A program made the translations under genes and the position numbers. A DNA stretch of 64,000 bases from Rhodanobacter sp. Its GTDB lineage: Bacteria > Pseudomonadota > Gammaproteobacteria > Xanthomonadales > Rhodanobacteraceae. Shown here piece by piece: positions 30,597-39,550 of this stretch. The number at the start of each line of letters is the position of its first letter. The first letter of the stretch is position 1. The notes below the pieces were generated by a model. That model was not told the DNA's origin, did not search any database, and saw only the letters and a list, made by a program, of their open reading frames with translations. The stretch is from the NCBI GenBank assembly GCA_035564915.1, contig DATMTH010000024.1, forward strand, positions 1,095 to 65,094, read 5' to 3'.

Positions 30597-31310
30597 TCAG
30601 ATCCGCTCGCTGGCGGCGAGATAACGCCATTGGCCCGGCGGCAAGCGGGCCAGCGAGATGCGTCCCACGCGCAGGCACTTCATGGATACCACCTCCAGCC
30701 CGACCGCCTCGCACATCGGCGTGATCTGGCTTGGCTTCAGCAGCTTGAAGGCAAAACGCAGGCGTTGCTCGCTCTGCCAGCTGACCTTGATCGGCGGCAT
30801 GGCGTAGTTGTTGAAGCGCAGGCCGTGGTTGAGCAGGGCCAGCCCGTTCGGAATCGGCTCGCCGCGTACCTCGACGACAAACTCCTGCTCGATCCGGTCG
30901 GCATCCTCGTTGAGCTTGCGGATGACGCGCCAGTCCTGGCTGAAGACCAGCAATCCACTGGCTTCGGTCGGCAGTGCCCATGGCGAGACCAGCCGCTGCA
31001 GGTGGCGTTGCAGCGGGCGAACGCCGGAAGGGTCGTCGGGCCAGCGATTTTCGGGAGTCACCAGCGCGCCGGCCATGTCGCCGGGGGCACAATCAGCCGG
31101 TTTGTGCAGCACCAGGGTGGCCGGTTCGAGCGCTTCCAGCTTGGCCTGAGGGTCGAGTTCGACGGTTTGTTGGTCAACCATGAACTGCGGCAGTTCCACG
31201 ACCTTGCCATCGACACGCACCCAGCCGCCTTCGATGTATTGCTCGGCTTCGCGACGCGAGCACCGGGTGAGTGCGACGACGCGCTTGGCGAGACGAACCG
31301 GTTCGGTCAT
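30597..31310 (-). CDS. S4-domain RsuA/RluF-family pseudouridine synthase homologue, catalytic Asp apparently absent
   Basis: S4 domain VRLAKRV..CSRREAEQYIEGGWVRVDG; LHKP; ALPTEASGLLVFSQD in place of GRLDxxTSGLL; RVGRISL..LPPGQWRYL. Confidence 0.85.
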   Translation of the reverse strand: MTEPVRLAKRVVALTRCSRREAEQYIEGGWVRVDGKVVELPQFMVDQQTVELDPQAKLEALEPATLVLHKPADCAPGDMAGALVTPENRWPDDPSGVRPLQRHLQRLVSPWALPTEASGLLVFSQDWRVIRKLNEDADRIEQEFVVEVRGEPIPNGLALLNHGLRFNNYAMPPIKVSWQSEQRLRFAFKLLKPSQITPMCEAVGLEVVSMKCLRVGRISLARLPPGQWRYLAASERI

Positions 31311-31361
31311 CGGGAGTCCGCAGAGTGATGGTGGGTCATTGTAGACGTCCATGAGTACAAC

Positions 31362-31440
31362 TGTTGGAGCGGCTTCAGCCGCGATGCTTTTGCCTTTGAT
31401 GTTTCAAAACAAGGGCATCGCGGCTGAAGCCGCTCCAACA
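31362..31440. repeat. REP-like inverted-repeat doublet
   Basis: Perfect 26-bp arms TGTTGGAGCGGCTTCAGCCGCGATGC and GCATCGCGGCTGAAGCCGCTCCAACA. Confidence 0.85.
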
Positions 31441-31513
31441 CGGACCGAGTTGGCGGGTGGCAATCTTGGTCGACGCCCCCAGATTGGGGGCTTCTGCCAC
31501 TCGAGACAACGCG

Positions 31514-32506
31514 ATGATTCCGTTTTCCATCCTCGATCTGGCTCCCGTCACGGAAGGCAGCGATGCCAGCCAGGCGTTCCGCAACACGCTGGAACTGGCC
31601 CGACTGGGCGAGCAACTGGGTTACCGGCGTTACTGGCTGGCCGAGCATCACAACATGCCGGGCATCGCCAGTGCCGCGACCGCGGTGCTGATCGGCCATG
31701 TGGCCGGCGGCACCAGCACGATCCGTGTCGGCGCCGGCGGCATCATGTTGCCGAATCATGCTCCGCTGCAGGTGGCCGAGGCTTTCGGCACGCTGGCGTC
31801 ACTGTATCCGGGGCGGATCGATCTTGGCCTGGGCCGGGCGCCTGGCACCGACCAGCCTACGGCAAAAGCCTTGCGTCGCTACTTCGAGAGCGCCGACGCA
31901 TTCCCGCAGGACGTGCTCGAATTGCTCGGCTATTTCGAACCGGCCCGACCCGGCCAGGCGGTGCGCGCCGTGCCCGGTGCAGGCATCGAGGTGCCGGTGT
32001 GGCTGCTCGGTTCGAGCCTGTTCAGCGCCACCTTGTCGGCACGGCTGGGCCTGCCGTTTGCGTTTGCCTCGCATTTCGCGCCCGATGCGATGGATCAGGC
32101 GCTGGCCTTGTATCGCCGTGATTTCACGCCATCGGCACGCCTGCAGCAGCCGTACGCGATGCTCGGCATCAATGTGGTCGGGGCCGACACCGATGCGCAG
32201 GCGCGGCGGCTGTTCACCACCCAGCAGCAGAGCTTCATCAACCTGCGTCGTGGTCGTCCCGGCCTGATTCCGCCACCGATCGACGATATCGAAGCGTACT
32301 GGACACCGCCGGAAAAGCTGATGCTGGAGCGCGCGCTGGCCTGCGCCGTGGTCGGTGATGTCGACACGTTGCACGGTGGCATCGAGGCCTTCATCGCCCG
32401 CCATCGTCCGGACGAACTGCTGATCACCACCAATGTGTTCGAGCATGCGGCCCGAAGGCATTCGTTCGAGCTGGTGGCGGCGGTTCGCGACCGCTTGGCC
32501 GGGTGA
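31514..32506 (+). CDS. Luciferase-like (LLM class) flavin-dependent oxidoreductase, YhbW-like
   Basis: [45 protein letters not shown]. Confidence 0.92.
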   Translation: MIPFSILDLAPVTEGSDASQAFRNTLELARLGEQLGYRRYWLAEHHNMPGIASAATAVLIGHVAGGTSTIRVGAGGIMLPNHAPLQVAEAFGTLASLYPGRIDLGLGRAPGTDQPTAKALRRYFESADAFPQDVLELLGYFEPARPGQAVRAVPGAGIEVPVWLLGSSLFSATLSARLGLPFAFASHFAPDAMDQALALYRRDFTPSARLQQPYAMLGINVVGADTDAQARRLFTTQQQSFINLRRGRPGLIPPPIDDIEAYWTPPEKLMLERALACAVVGDVDTLHGGIEAFIARHRPDELLITTNVFEHAARRHSFELVAAVRDRLAG

Positions 32507-32605
32507 GCCAGGCGGCCACTGCCGGGTATCGCCGTGAAACGACCGGCCACGGGCGGCGATCGGCCATAATGGACGTTATTCCATGATTCTGAAGTTGCGC
32601 CACGC

Positions 32606-33463
32606 ATGAAGACACCGAAGGGCCTGCAGGAACTGATCGACGAAGGTGTGATCGATCAGGTGCTCAGGCCGCTGAAAAGCGGCAAGGAAGCATCCGTCTA
32701 CGTCGTTCGCTGCGGCGACGATATCCGTTGCGCCAAGGTCTACAAGGACATGGCGCAGCGCAGTTTCCAGGCGCGCGTGCAGTACCAGGAAGGGCGCAAG
32801 GTGCGCGGCAGCCGACAGGCGCGGGCGATGGGCAAGGCGACCCGGTTCGGCCGCAAGGAGGCCGAGGAGGCGTGGAAGAACGCCGAGGTGGATGCGCTGT
32901 ACCAGCTCACTGCGGCGGGTGTGCGCGTGCCGAAACCCTACGGCTTCTTCAGTGGTGTGCTGGTGATGGAGCTGGTGACCGATGCCGAAGGCTATTCGGC
33001 ACCGCGGCTGGGCGAAGTGGAGCTGTCGGCGGCGACCGCGCGCGAATATCACCGGTTCCTGATGCAGCAGGTGGCACGCATGTTGTGCGTGGGCCTGATC
33101 CACGGCGATCTGTCCGAGTACAACGTGCTGGTCGGGCCGGAGGGTCCGGTCATCATCGACCTGCCGCAGGCGGTAAGTGCCTCGGGCAACAACAATGCAC
33201 GTACCATGCTGCGTCGTGACGTCGGCAACATCAGCATCAGCCTGTCGCGTTTCGCGCCGGAATTGCTCGATACCCACTACGGCGAGGAGATGTGGGCGCT
33301 GTACGAATTGGGCGAGCTGCACTCTGATACCGAACTCACCGGCCAGTTCGAGTTCGACGATCACATCGCCGACGTCGACAGCGTGATGCAGTCCATCATC
33401 GACGCGCGCGAAGAGGCGATCATCCGCCAGCAGGGTCGCGAAGAGGCCGAGCGGCAGGACTGA
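32606..33463 (+). CDS. RIO1-family serine/threonine kinase-like protein
   Basis: LKSGKEASVY, CAKVYK, LVME, IHGDLSEYNVL, IIDLPQ. Confidence 0.92.
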   Translation: MKTPKGLQELIDEGVIDQVLRPLKSGKEASVYVVRCGDDIRCAKVYKDMAQRSFQARVQYQEGRKVRGSRQARAMGKATRFGRKEAEEAWKNAEVDALYQLTAAGVRVPKPYGFFSGVLVMELVTDAEGYSAPRLGEVELSAATAREYHRFLMQQVARMLCVGLIHGDLSEYNVLVGPEGPVIIDLPQAVSASGNNNARTMLRRDVGNISISLSRFAPELLDTHYGEEMWALYELGELHSDTELTGQFEFDDHIADVDSVMQSIIDAREEAIIRQQGREEAERQD

Positions 33464-33493
33464 TCCTGCCGATTGCCTGGCGGCCGGTTCTTG

Positions 33494-33575
33494 CTGCGGG
33501 GGCCGGCTTCAGCCGCGATGCTTTACTCCGGACCATCCAACAGCAAAGGCGACGCGACTGGAGCCGCTCCCGCAG
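33494..33575. repeat. Degenerate REP-like doublet between convergent genes
   Basis: GCCGGCTTCAGCCGCGATGC ... CGCGACTGGAGCCGCTCCCGCAG, related to the element at 31362-31440. Confidence 0.6.
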
Positions 33576-33584
33576 TGCACGATC

Positions 33585-34022
33585 TCAGCGCGGGTTGGCT
33601 TCGAGCAATTCCACATCAAACACCAGCGAGGCGTTCGGCGGGATGTCGCCACCGGCGCCACGGGTGCCATAGCCCAGCGCGGCGGGAATCAGCAAGGTAC
33701 GCTTGCCGCCCACACGCATGCCGACGACACCCTGGTCCCAGCCTTCGATCACGTCGCCAGCGCCGAGGTTGAACGAGAACGGCATGCCGCTGTCGTACGA
33801 GCTGTCGAACTTGGTGCCGTGCTTGTCCTTGGCGCTGTCGTCGTACAGCCAGCCGGTGTACTGCACGATCACTTTCATGCCGGCCCTGGCTTGTGTGCCG
33901 GTGCCGACCTTGGTGTCGATGGTTGTGAGTTTGTCGACCTGGCCGGTGGCGTGTGCCGGTGGTGCAGCGGCGGTACAGGCAGCGAGGACCACCAGGGAGA
34001 ACAGGGACAGCAACCAGCGCAT
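33585..34022 (-). CDS. FKBP-type peptidyl-prolyl cis-trans isomerase (probable lipoprotein)
   Basis: LAAC lipobox; QYTGWL, KFDSS, VIEGWDQG, GGKRTLLIP..LGYG, IPPNASLVFDVEL. Confidence 0.93.
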   Translation of the reverse strand: MRWLLSLFSLVVLAACTAAAPPAHATGQVDKLTTIDTKVGTGTQARAGMKVIVQYTGWLYDDSAKDKHGTKFDSSYDSGMPFSFNLGAGDVIEGWDQGVVGMRVGGKRTLLIPAALGYGTRGAGGDIPPNASLVFDVELLEANPR

Positions 34023-34071
34023 GGGACGACTCCGGGCAGGGAAGGGAAGAAGGGGAACTGGCGACGCGCGC

Positions 34072-34629
34072 TCAGCTTGCGGTTTCAAGCGGCGCCATGC
34101 GCACGACCGGGTCGACCGCAACCGCATCGGCGTCGTTCATCAATTGCAGTTGGCCATCCTGGATCAGGCATTGCAGGCGCATGCCACGCTGCAGCAAGGC
34201 GACCAGTGCGGTGACGGTGGCGGTTGGAATGTCGAGCACGGTGAGGTTCCTGTTGCGCGCCAGCGCGGCGCCGACCTTGTTCCACCAGATGTCGGCGACG
34301 TTGCCGCCGTAGCCGATCACCACCACCTGGCGGGAGCGGCCGCAGGCCTTGCGGATGCGCGTTTCGTCCGGCTGGCCCAGTTCGATCCACAGCTCGATCT
34401 CATCGGTATACGCCTTGCGCCACAGTGCTGGCTCGTCCTCGTCGCTGATGCCCTTGCCGAACTCCAGCCGATCCTCCGCATACATCGCAAAAGCCAGCAG
34501 CCGTACCATCAGCCGTTCCTCGGTTTCCGACGGATGCCGTGCCAGGGTCAGCGCATGGGTGGCGTAATAGTGCCTATCCATGTCGCTTATCTGCAGTTCG
34601 ACTTTGTAGATTGTGGCGTTGAGTGCCAT
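34072..34629 (-). CDS. yaeQ: YaeQ family protein
   Basis: MALNATIYK..SDMDRHYY, ARHPSETEERLMVRLLAF, DEPALW, WIELGQPDE. Confidence 0.92.
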   Translation of the reverse strand: MALNATIYKVELQISDMDRHYYATHALTLARHPSETEERLMVRLLAFAMYAEDRLEFGKGISDEDEPALWRKAYTDEIELWIELGQPDETRIRKACGRSRQVVVIGYGGNVADIWWNKVGAALARNRNLTVLDIPTATVTALVALLQRGMRLQCLIQDGQLQLMNDADAVAVDPVVRMAPLETAS

Positions 34630-34701
34630 CGGGCATGCCCTGGAGAATCGACTGCGTATTGTACGGGTTGGTGCTGATCGGCGTGCGATCCGGCCGGAAA
34701 G

Positions 34702-34731
34702 GCCGAGGCCCCGACATGTCGGGGCCTCGGC
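34702..34731. terminator. Perfect 30-bp palindrome, probable terminator or stabiliser hairpin after the RND gene
   Basis: GCCGAGGCCCCGACATGTCGGGGCCTCGGC; only a short U-tract on the minus strand. Confidence 0.55.
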
Positions 34732-34750
34732 AGCGGAGCGAAGAGCCGGC

Positions 34751-37700
34751 TCAGATCCCGCGATGCGGATCGGAGTCGAACGGCTGCATGGCGTGGCTGT
34801 CGTGCGTGGCCGCTGGTGTGTCGTCGTCCAGTTCGTCGCCAAGCAATCGGCGAACCACGACGTAGAACACCGGGATCAGCAGTACGCCGAGGAAGGTGGC
34901 GAACAACATGCCGCCGATGACGCCGGTTCCGATGGCATGCCGCGCGTTGGCGCCGGCGCCGGTCGAGATGAACAGCGGGAACACACCCAGAATGAAGGCC
35001 AGTGAGGTCATCAGGATCGGCCGCAGGCGCAGGCGGGCGGCATCGACTGTCGCCTCACGCAGGCTGCGGCCGGCTTTCTGCTCGGCCACCGCGAACTCCA
35101 CGATCAGGATCGCGTTCTTCGCGGCCAGGCCAATCACCGTGATCATGCCGATCTTGAAATAGATGTCGTCGGGCAGGCCGCGCAACAGCGTGAATACCAC
35201 GGCGCCGAGCATGCCAAGCGGAACCACCAGCAACACGGCCGCCGGAATCGACCAGCTTTCGTATAGCGCCGCCAGGGCCAGGAACACGATGAAGATCGAC
35301 AGCACCATCAACAGCGTGGCTGCATTGCCGGACAGGATTTCCTGGTACGACTGGCCGGTCCAGTCGAAACCGAAGCCCTTGGGCAGATCGTCATTGACCA
35401 TGTTCTGCATCGCATCCATCGCCTGGCCCGAGGCATAGCCTGGCGCCGGCGAACCGACGATCTCGACCGCCGAATAGCCGTTGTAGCGGGTCAACGAGGG
35501 TGCCGACGTGCTCCATTCATGCTTGACCACATTGGCCAGCGGGATCATCGCCGGGGTGCCATTGCCGTTGGTCTGGGTGGTGCTGGGGATGAAGATGTGC
35601 TGCAAGGCATCCGGCCCCTTGCGGAATGGCGCATCGGCTTCCATCAGCACCCGCTTGACGCGGCCGCCGTAGGTGAAGTCGTTGACATACACCGGCGCCA
35701 GCATCAACTTGATCGCGGTATAGACATCATCGGCCGACAGGCCCATCGACTGCGCCTGCACGCGATCCACGCTCAGGTTCAGCTGCGCCGCGTCCTCCAG
35801 CGTATTCGGCCGTACACCGGTCACCACCGGATTCGTCGCGGCCTTGGCGAGCAGGGTGTTGCGTGCCTTGGTCAGCGCAACGCGCCCGGCACCGGCACGA
35901 TCCTGCAGGTACATGTCGAAGCCGCCGAACTGGCCCAGGCCGCGCACGGTGGGCAGGTTGATCACGAAGATCTGGGCATCGCGCACTTTTTGCAGTGCGC
36001 CGTTGGTGCGCTGGATGAATTGCGCTGCGGTTACCGATCGCTTGTCCCAGTCCTTGAGCCGGATGAACACCATGCCGACGTTTTCGCCAGCACCGACGAA
36101 ACTGAAGCCGGCGATCTGCATCATGCCATCCACAGCAGGGTCCTTGCTGACGATGGCATGCACTTGATCCATCACCTTGTTGGTACGCTGAATGGTGGCC
36201 CCCGGCGGCAACTGCACGATCGCCAATGCGTAACCCTGATCCTCTTCCGGAAGAAAGCTGCCGGGCAACCGGGTGAACAGAAAGCCGCCGAGAATGGCGA
36301 TCAGCACGAAGGCCAGCATCCAGCGTGGTGCGTGGCTGACGGCGCCGCCAATGTGGCCGGTATAGGTCTTGGTGGTCCAGTCGAAGAGTGCGTTGAACTT
36401 GCGGAACACGATGTTTTTCTTCTTTTCGTGTTCGGGTTGCAGGAAGCTGGCACACAGCGCCGGCGTGAACGACAGGGCGAGGAAGGCCGAGAAGCCCATC
36501 GACGCGGCGATGGTCAGCGCGAACTGCTTGTAGATGATGCCGGTGGCGCCCGGTTGCAGTGCGGAAGGTATGAACACGGCCGCCAGCACCACGGTGATCG
36601 CCACCACCGCACCGGTGATCTGCCCCATCGCCTTGTGTGTCGCTTCCTTCGGCGACAGACCTTCCTCGGTCATGATGCGTTCGACGTTCTCGATCACCAC
36701 GATCGCGTCATCCACCACGATGCCGATCGCCAGCACCATGCCGAACAGGGTGAGCTGGTTGATCGTGAAGCCGAGCACCAGCATGCCCATGAAGGTGCCA
36801 AGCAGGGCGACCGGTATGACCAGGGTCGGGATGATGGTCGCGCGGATGTTCTGCAGGAACAGCAGCAACACCAGGAACACCAGGATGATCGCCTCGGTCA
36901 GCGTCTGCACGACTTCATGGATCGAGGTCGTCACGAACGGCGTGGTGTCGTAGGGGGAGAACCAACTGACGCTGGCCGGGAAACTCGAGGCCAGTTCGTT
37001 CATCTTGCTGCGCACGGCCTTGGCCACGTTCAGCGCATTCGCGCCCGGTGCGAGCTGCACGGCGAATGCGGCGACCGGATCGCCGTTGTAGCGGGTGTTG
37101 AAACCATAACCGGCCGGACCGAAGGCAACCCGCGCCACGTCACCGAGGGTTACCGTGGTGCCGTCGCTGTTTGCCCGCAGGATGATGCCCTTGAACTGTT
37201 CGGGCGTGGTGAAGCGCCCCTCGGCGGTGACGCTGGCGCTGAATCCCTGGTCGCTCGGCGCCGGGTCGCCGCCCAGCGAGCCGGCGGCAAACTGCGCGTT
37301 TTGCGCGCGCACTTCAGCCAGCACCTGGCTGGCCGACAGGCCATAAGCCTGCAGCTTGTCCGGATTGAGCCAGATCCGCATGGCGTACTCGGAACCGAAC
37401 TGGCGGGTATTGCCCACGCCGGGCAGGCGCGAGATCTGATCCAGCACCTGCGAGGCAACGATGTCGTTGAGCTTGGCGCTGTCGATTGTTGGATCCTTGG
37501 AGCGTAGTGCCACCACCATCAGGAAGTCTGAGTTGGACTTGGCCACCACCACACCCTGCTGGGTGACTTCGGTGGGCAGCCGCGGCGTCGCCTGGCTGAC
37601 CTTGTTCTGCACCTGCACCTGTGCGATATCCGGATCCGTACCGCTCTCGAAGGTCAGCGTGATGTTGGACTGGCCGCTGGCGCTGGAGGATGAGCTGAAG

Positions 37701-37930
37701 TACAGCAAGTGATCGATGCCGCTCAACTGCTGTTCGATGACCTGGGTCACCGACTTCTCGGTGGTATCGGCGCTGGCACCCGGATAGGTGGCGCTCACGC
37801 TGACCTGGGGCGGTGCTATCGAGGGATAGGACTCCACGCCCAGGTTGAGGATGGACAGTACCCCGCCCAACGAGATCAGGATCGCCAGCACCCAGGCGAA
37901 GATCGGGCGTTCAATGAAAAAGCTCGGCAT
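34751..37930 (-). CDS. HAE1-family RND efflux permease (AcrB/MexB-like)
   Basis: FFIERPIFAWV, AIGIVVDDAIVVIENVER, GLAAKNAILIVEFA, RLRPILMTSLAFILG. Confidence 0.96.
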   Translation of the reverse strand: MPSFFIERPIFAWVLAILISLGGVLSILNLGVESYPSIAPPQVSVSATYPGASADTTEKSVTQVIEQQLSGIDHLLYFSSSSSASGQSNITLTFESGTDPDIAQVQVQNKVSQATPRLPTEVTQQGVVVAKSNSDFLMVVALRSKDPTIDSAKLNDIVASQVLDQISRLPGVGNTRQFGSEYAMRIWLNPDKLQAYGLSASQVLAEVRAQNAQFAAGSLGGDPAPSDQGFSASVTAEGRFTTPEQFKGIILRANSDGTTVTLGDVARVAFGPAGYGFNTRYNGDPVAAFAVQLAPGANALNVAKAVRSKMNELASSFPASVSWFSPYDTTPFVTTSIHEVVQTLTEAIILVFLVLLLFLQNIRATIIPTLVIPVALLGTFMGMLVLGFTINQLTLFGMVLAIGIVVDDAIVVIENVERIMTEEGLSPKEATHKAMGQITGAVVAITVVLAAVFIPSALQPGATGIIYKQFALTIAASMGFSAFLALSFTPALCASFLQPEHEKKKNIVFRKFNALFDWTTKTYTGHIGGAVSHAPRWMLAFVLIAILGGFLFTRLPGSFLPEEDQGYALAIVQLPPGATIQRTNKVMDQVHAIVSKDPAVDGMMQIAGFSFVGAGENVGMVFIRLKDWDKRSVTAAQFIQRTNGALQKVRDAQIFVINLPTVRGLGQFGGFDMYLQDRAGAGRVALTKARNTLLAKAATNPVVTGVRPNTLEDAAQLNLSVDRVQAQSMGLSADDVYTAIKLMLAPVYVNDFTYGGRVKRVLMEADAPFRKGPDALQHIFIPSTTQTNGNGTPAMIPLANVVKHEWSTSAPSLTRYNGYSAVEIVGSPAPGYASGQAMDAMQNMVNDDLPKGFGFDWTGQSYQEILSGNAATLLMVLSIFIVFLALAALYESWSIPAAVLLVVPLGMLGAVVFTLLRGLPDDIYFKIGMITVIGLAAKNAILIVEFAVAEQKAGRSLREATVDAARLRLRPILMTSLAFILGVFPLFISTGAGANARHAIGTGVIGGMLFATFLGVLLIPVFYVVVRRLLGDELDDDTPAATHDSHAMQPFDSDPHRGI

Positions 37931-37942
37931 GCCTCGTGCTCC

Positions 37943-39112
37943 TCAGTGACCGCTCGGGGCAGGGCTCGAAGCCGCTGCTGCCGGCTGCCACGGGCTGGCC
38001 TTGGCCTGCCCGCCGGCCTTCACCTTCTGTATCCCCGACACCACCACGGAGTCGCCACTCTCGAGTCCGCTGGTGATCACCCAGTCACCCTGTCGCATCT
38101 CGCTTGCGTCGACGTCCTTGCGCTCGACCTTGCCATCATGGCCGACCGTCATCACGTAGGCACCGACCGTGTCGCGTTGCACCGCTTGCTGGGGTATCAG
38201 AAACACCTTGTGCTGCATGCCCAGATCGGCCTTCAGCGTGACGTACATGCCAGGCAGCAAGCTGTGCTGGGGATTGGGGATGGTGGCGCGCAGGTCGACC
38301 GAGCCGGTGGCCGGGTTGACCGTGGCGGCGGAAAAATCCAGCACGCCCGGCTCCCCGTAGATGCTGCCGTCGGGCAGGGAAATCGTTACCTTGGCCTTGT
38401 TCGAGCCGGCGAGGGTGACATTGCCATTGCGCTGGGCCGTGCGCATTTGCTCGAGTGCATCCACGCTCATGGTGAAGTTCACGTACAGCGGATCGATCTG
38501 GTCGACCGTGGTGAGCAAGGTCGCCGTGCCGTTGCCGACCAGGGCGCCCTCGGTGACTTGCTGCTGACCGGCGCGGCCATTGATCGGCGAGGTCACATTG
38601 GCATAGCCGAGGTTGATTCTTGCCGACTGCACATTGGCCTGCGCCACCTGCACCGCGGCGGCGGCCGAACGTTCAGCTGCATTGGCGTTGTCGAGGTCGG
38701 ATTTGGAGACATAGCCCTTGGGCGCCAGCTCGCGCACGCGCCTGGCGGTGGTCCGGTCATTGGTGTAGGTCGCCTGCGCCTGGGCCAGCGCAGCCTCGCT
38801 GGCATTGAGCGCTGCCTTCAGCGGTGCGGGATCGATCTGGAACAGCAGCTGACCTTTGCGCACGTCGGTGCCTTCCTCGTAATCGCGCTTGAGCAGTACA
38901 CCGGCAATGCGCGCGCGCACATCGGCGCTGCGATAGGCAGAAAGCCGGCCAACCAGATCGCGAGTCAACGGCGCACTGCGCTGCGTGGCCCTGATCACAC
39001 CGACTTGCGGCGGCGGCATCTTCGGCGGTCCTTGCTCTCTGTCTTTGCTGCAGGCAGCCAGCGACAGCAGGCTCAGGCACATCAGCGACATGCGCAATGA
39101 CGACAACTTCAT
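37943..39112 (-). CDS. RND efflux periplasmic adaptor (AcrA/MexA-like lipoprotein)
   Basis: LAAC lipobox; ADVRARIAG, GQLLFQIDP, SPINGRAG, EGALV, LLPGMYV. Confidence 0.95.
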   Translation of the reverse strand: MKLSSLRMSLMCLSLLSLAACSKDREQGPPKMPPPQVGVIRATQRSAPLTRDLVGRLSAYRSADVRARIAGVLLKRDYEEGTDVRKGQLLFQIDPAPLKAALNASEAALAQAQATYTNDRTTARRVRELAPKGYVSKSDLDNANAAERSAAAAVQVAQANVQSARINLGYANVTSPINGRAGQQQVTEGALVGNGTATLLTTVDQIDPLYVNFTMSVDALEQMRTAQRNGNVTLAGSNKAKVTISLPDGSIYGEPGVLDFSAATVNPATGSVDLRATIPNPQHSLLPGMYVTLKADLGMQHKVFLIPQQAVQRDTVGAYVMTVGHDGKVERKDVDASEMRQGDWVITSGLESGDSVVVSGIQKVKAGGQAKASPWQPAAAASSPAPSGH

Positions 39113-39550
39113 GGAGACTCCGGAACTCGGGTTTGTCTGGGGAATGGGGATCGGGTGAGCTGCAGCGATGGGGCATGCGATGGTCTGCACAGTCGCAGGT
39201 CGCGAGGCGGGGCGTAGCCCGCCTGCTGGCGATGCAGGCTATACCGCGTAGTTTACATTTTGTGGGGCACGCCGATCCAGTCATTGACAGGCTGCAGATT
39301 GTCTGTACAGCGGCGCAGATGCCGGAGTCGGTATTGCCCGGCACATCTCGTGGCGGCATCGGTCAGGAGCACACGCACAGGTGATGGCAAGGCGTCGATC
39401 GAGTGAGCATGAGCCGTCCGGCAGCTGAATCCATGCGCACGGGCATGGTGCGGAATCGGGCGCGCCGGTGGAATCACCCTGCACCGGGGCGTATCCTTCC
39501 CGGGCTTTTATTCAAGCTATTCCATCCGTCTCCACTGACCAGTAGAAGCC

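Noticed and set aside
34751-39112. RND operon without an outer-membrane factor or local regulator
   Set aside because: Common arrangement (as for acrAB with a distant tolC)
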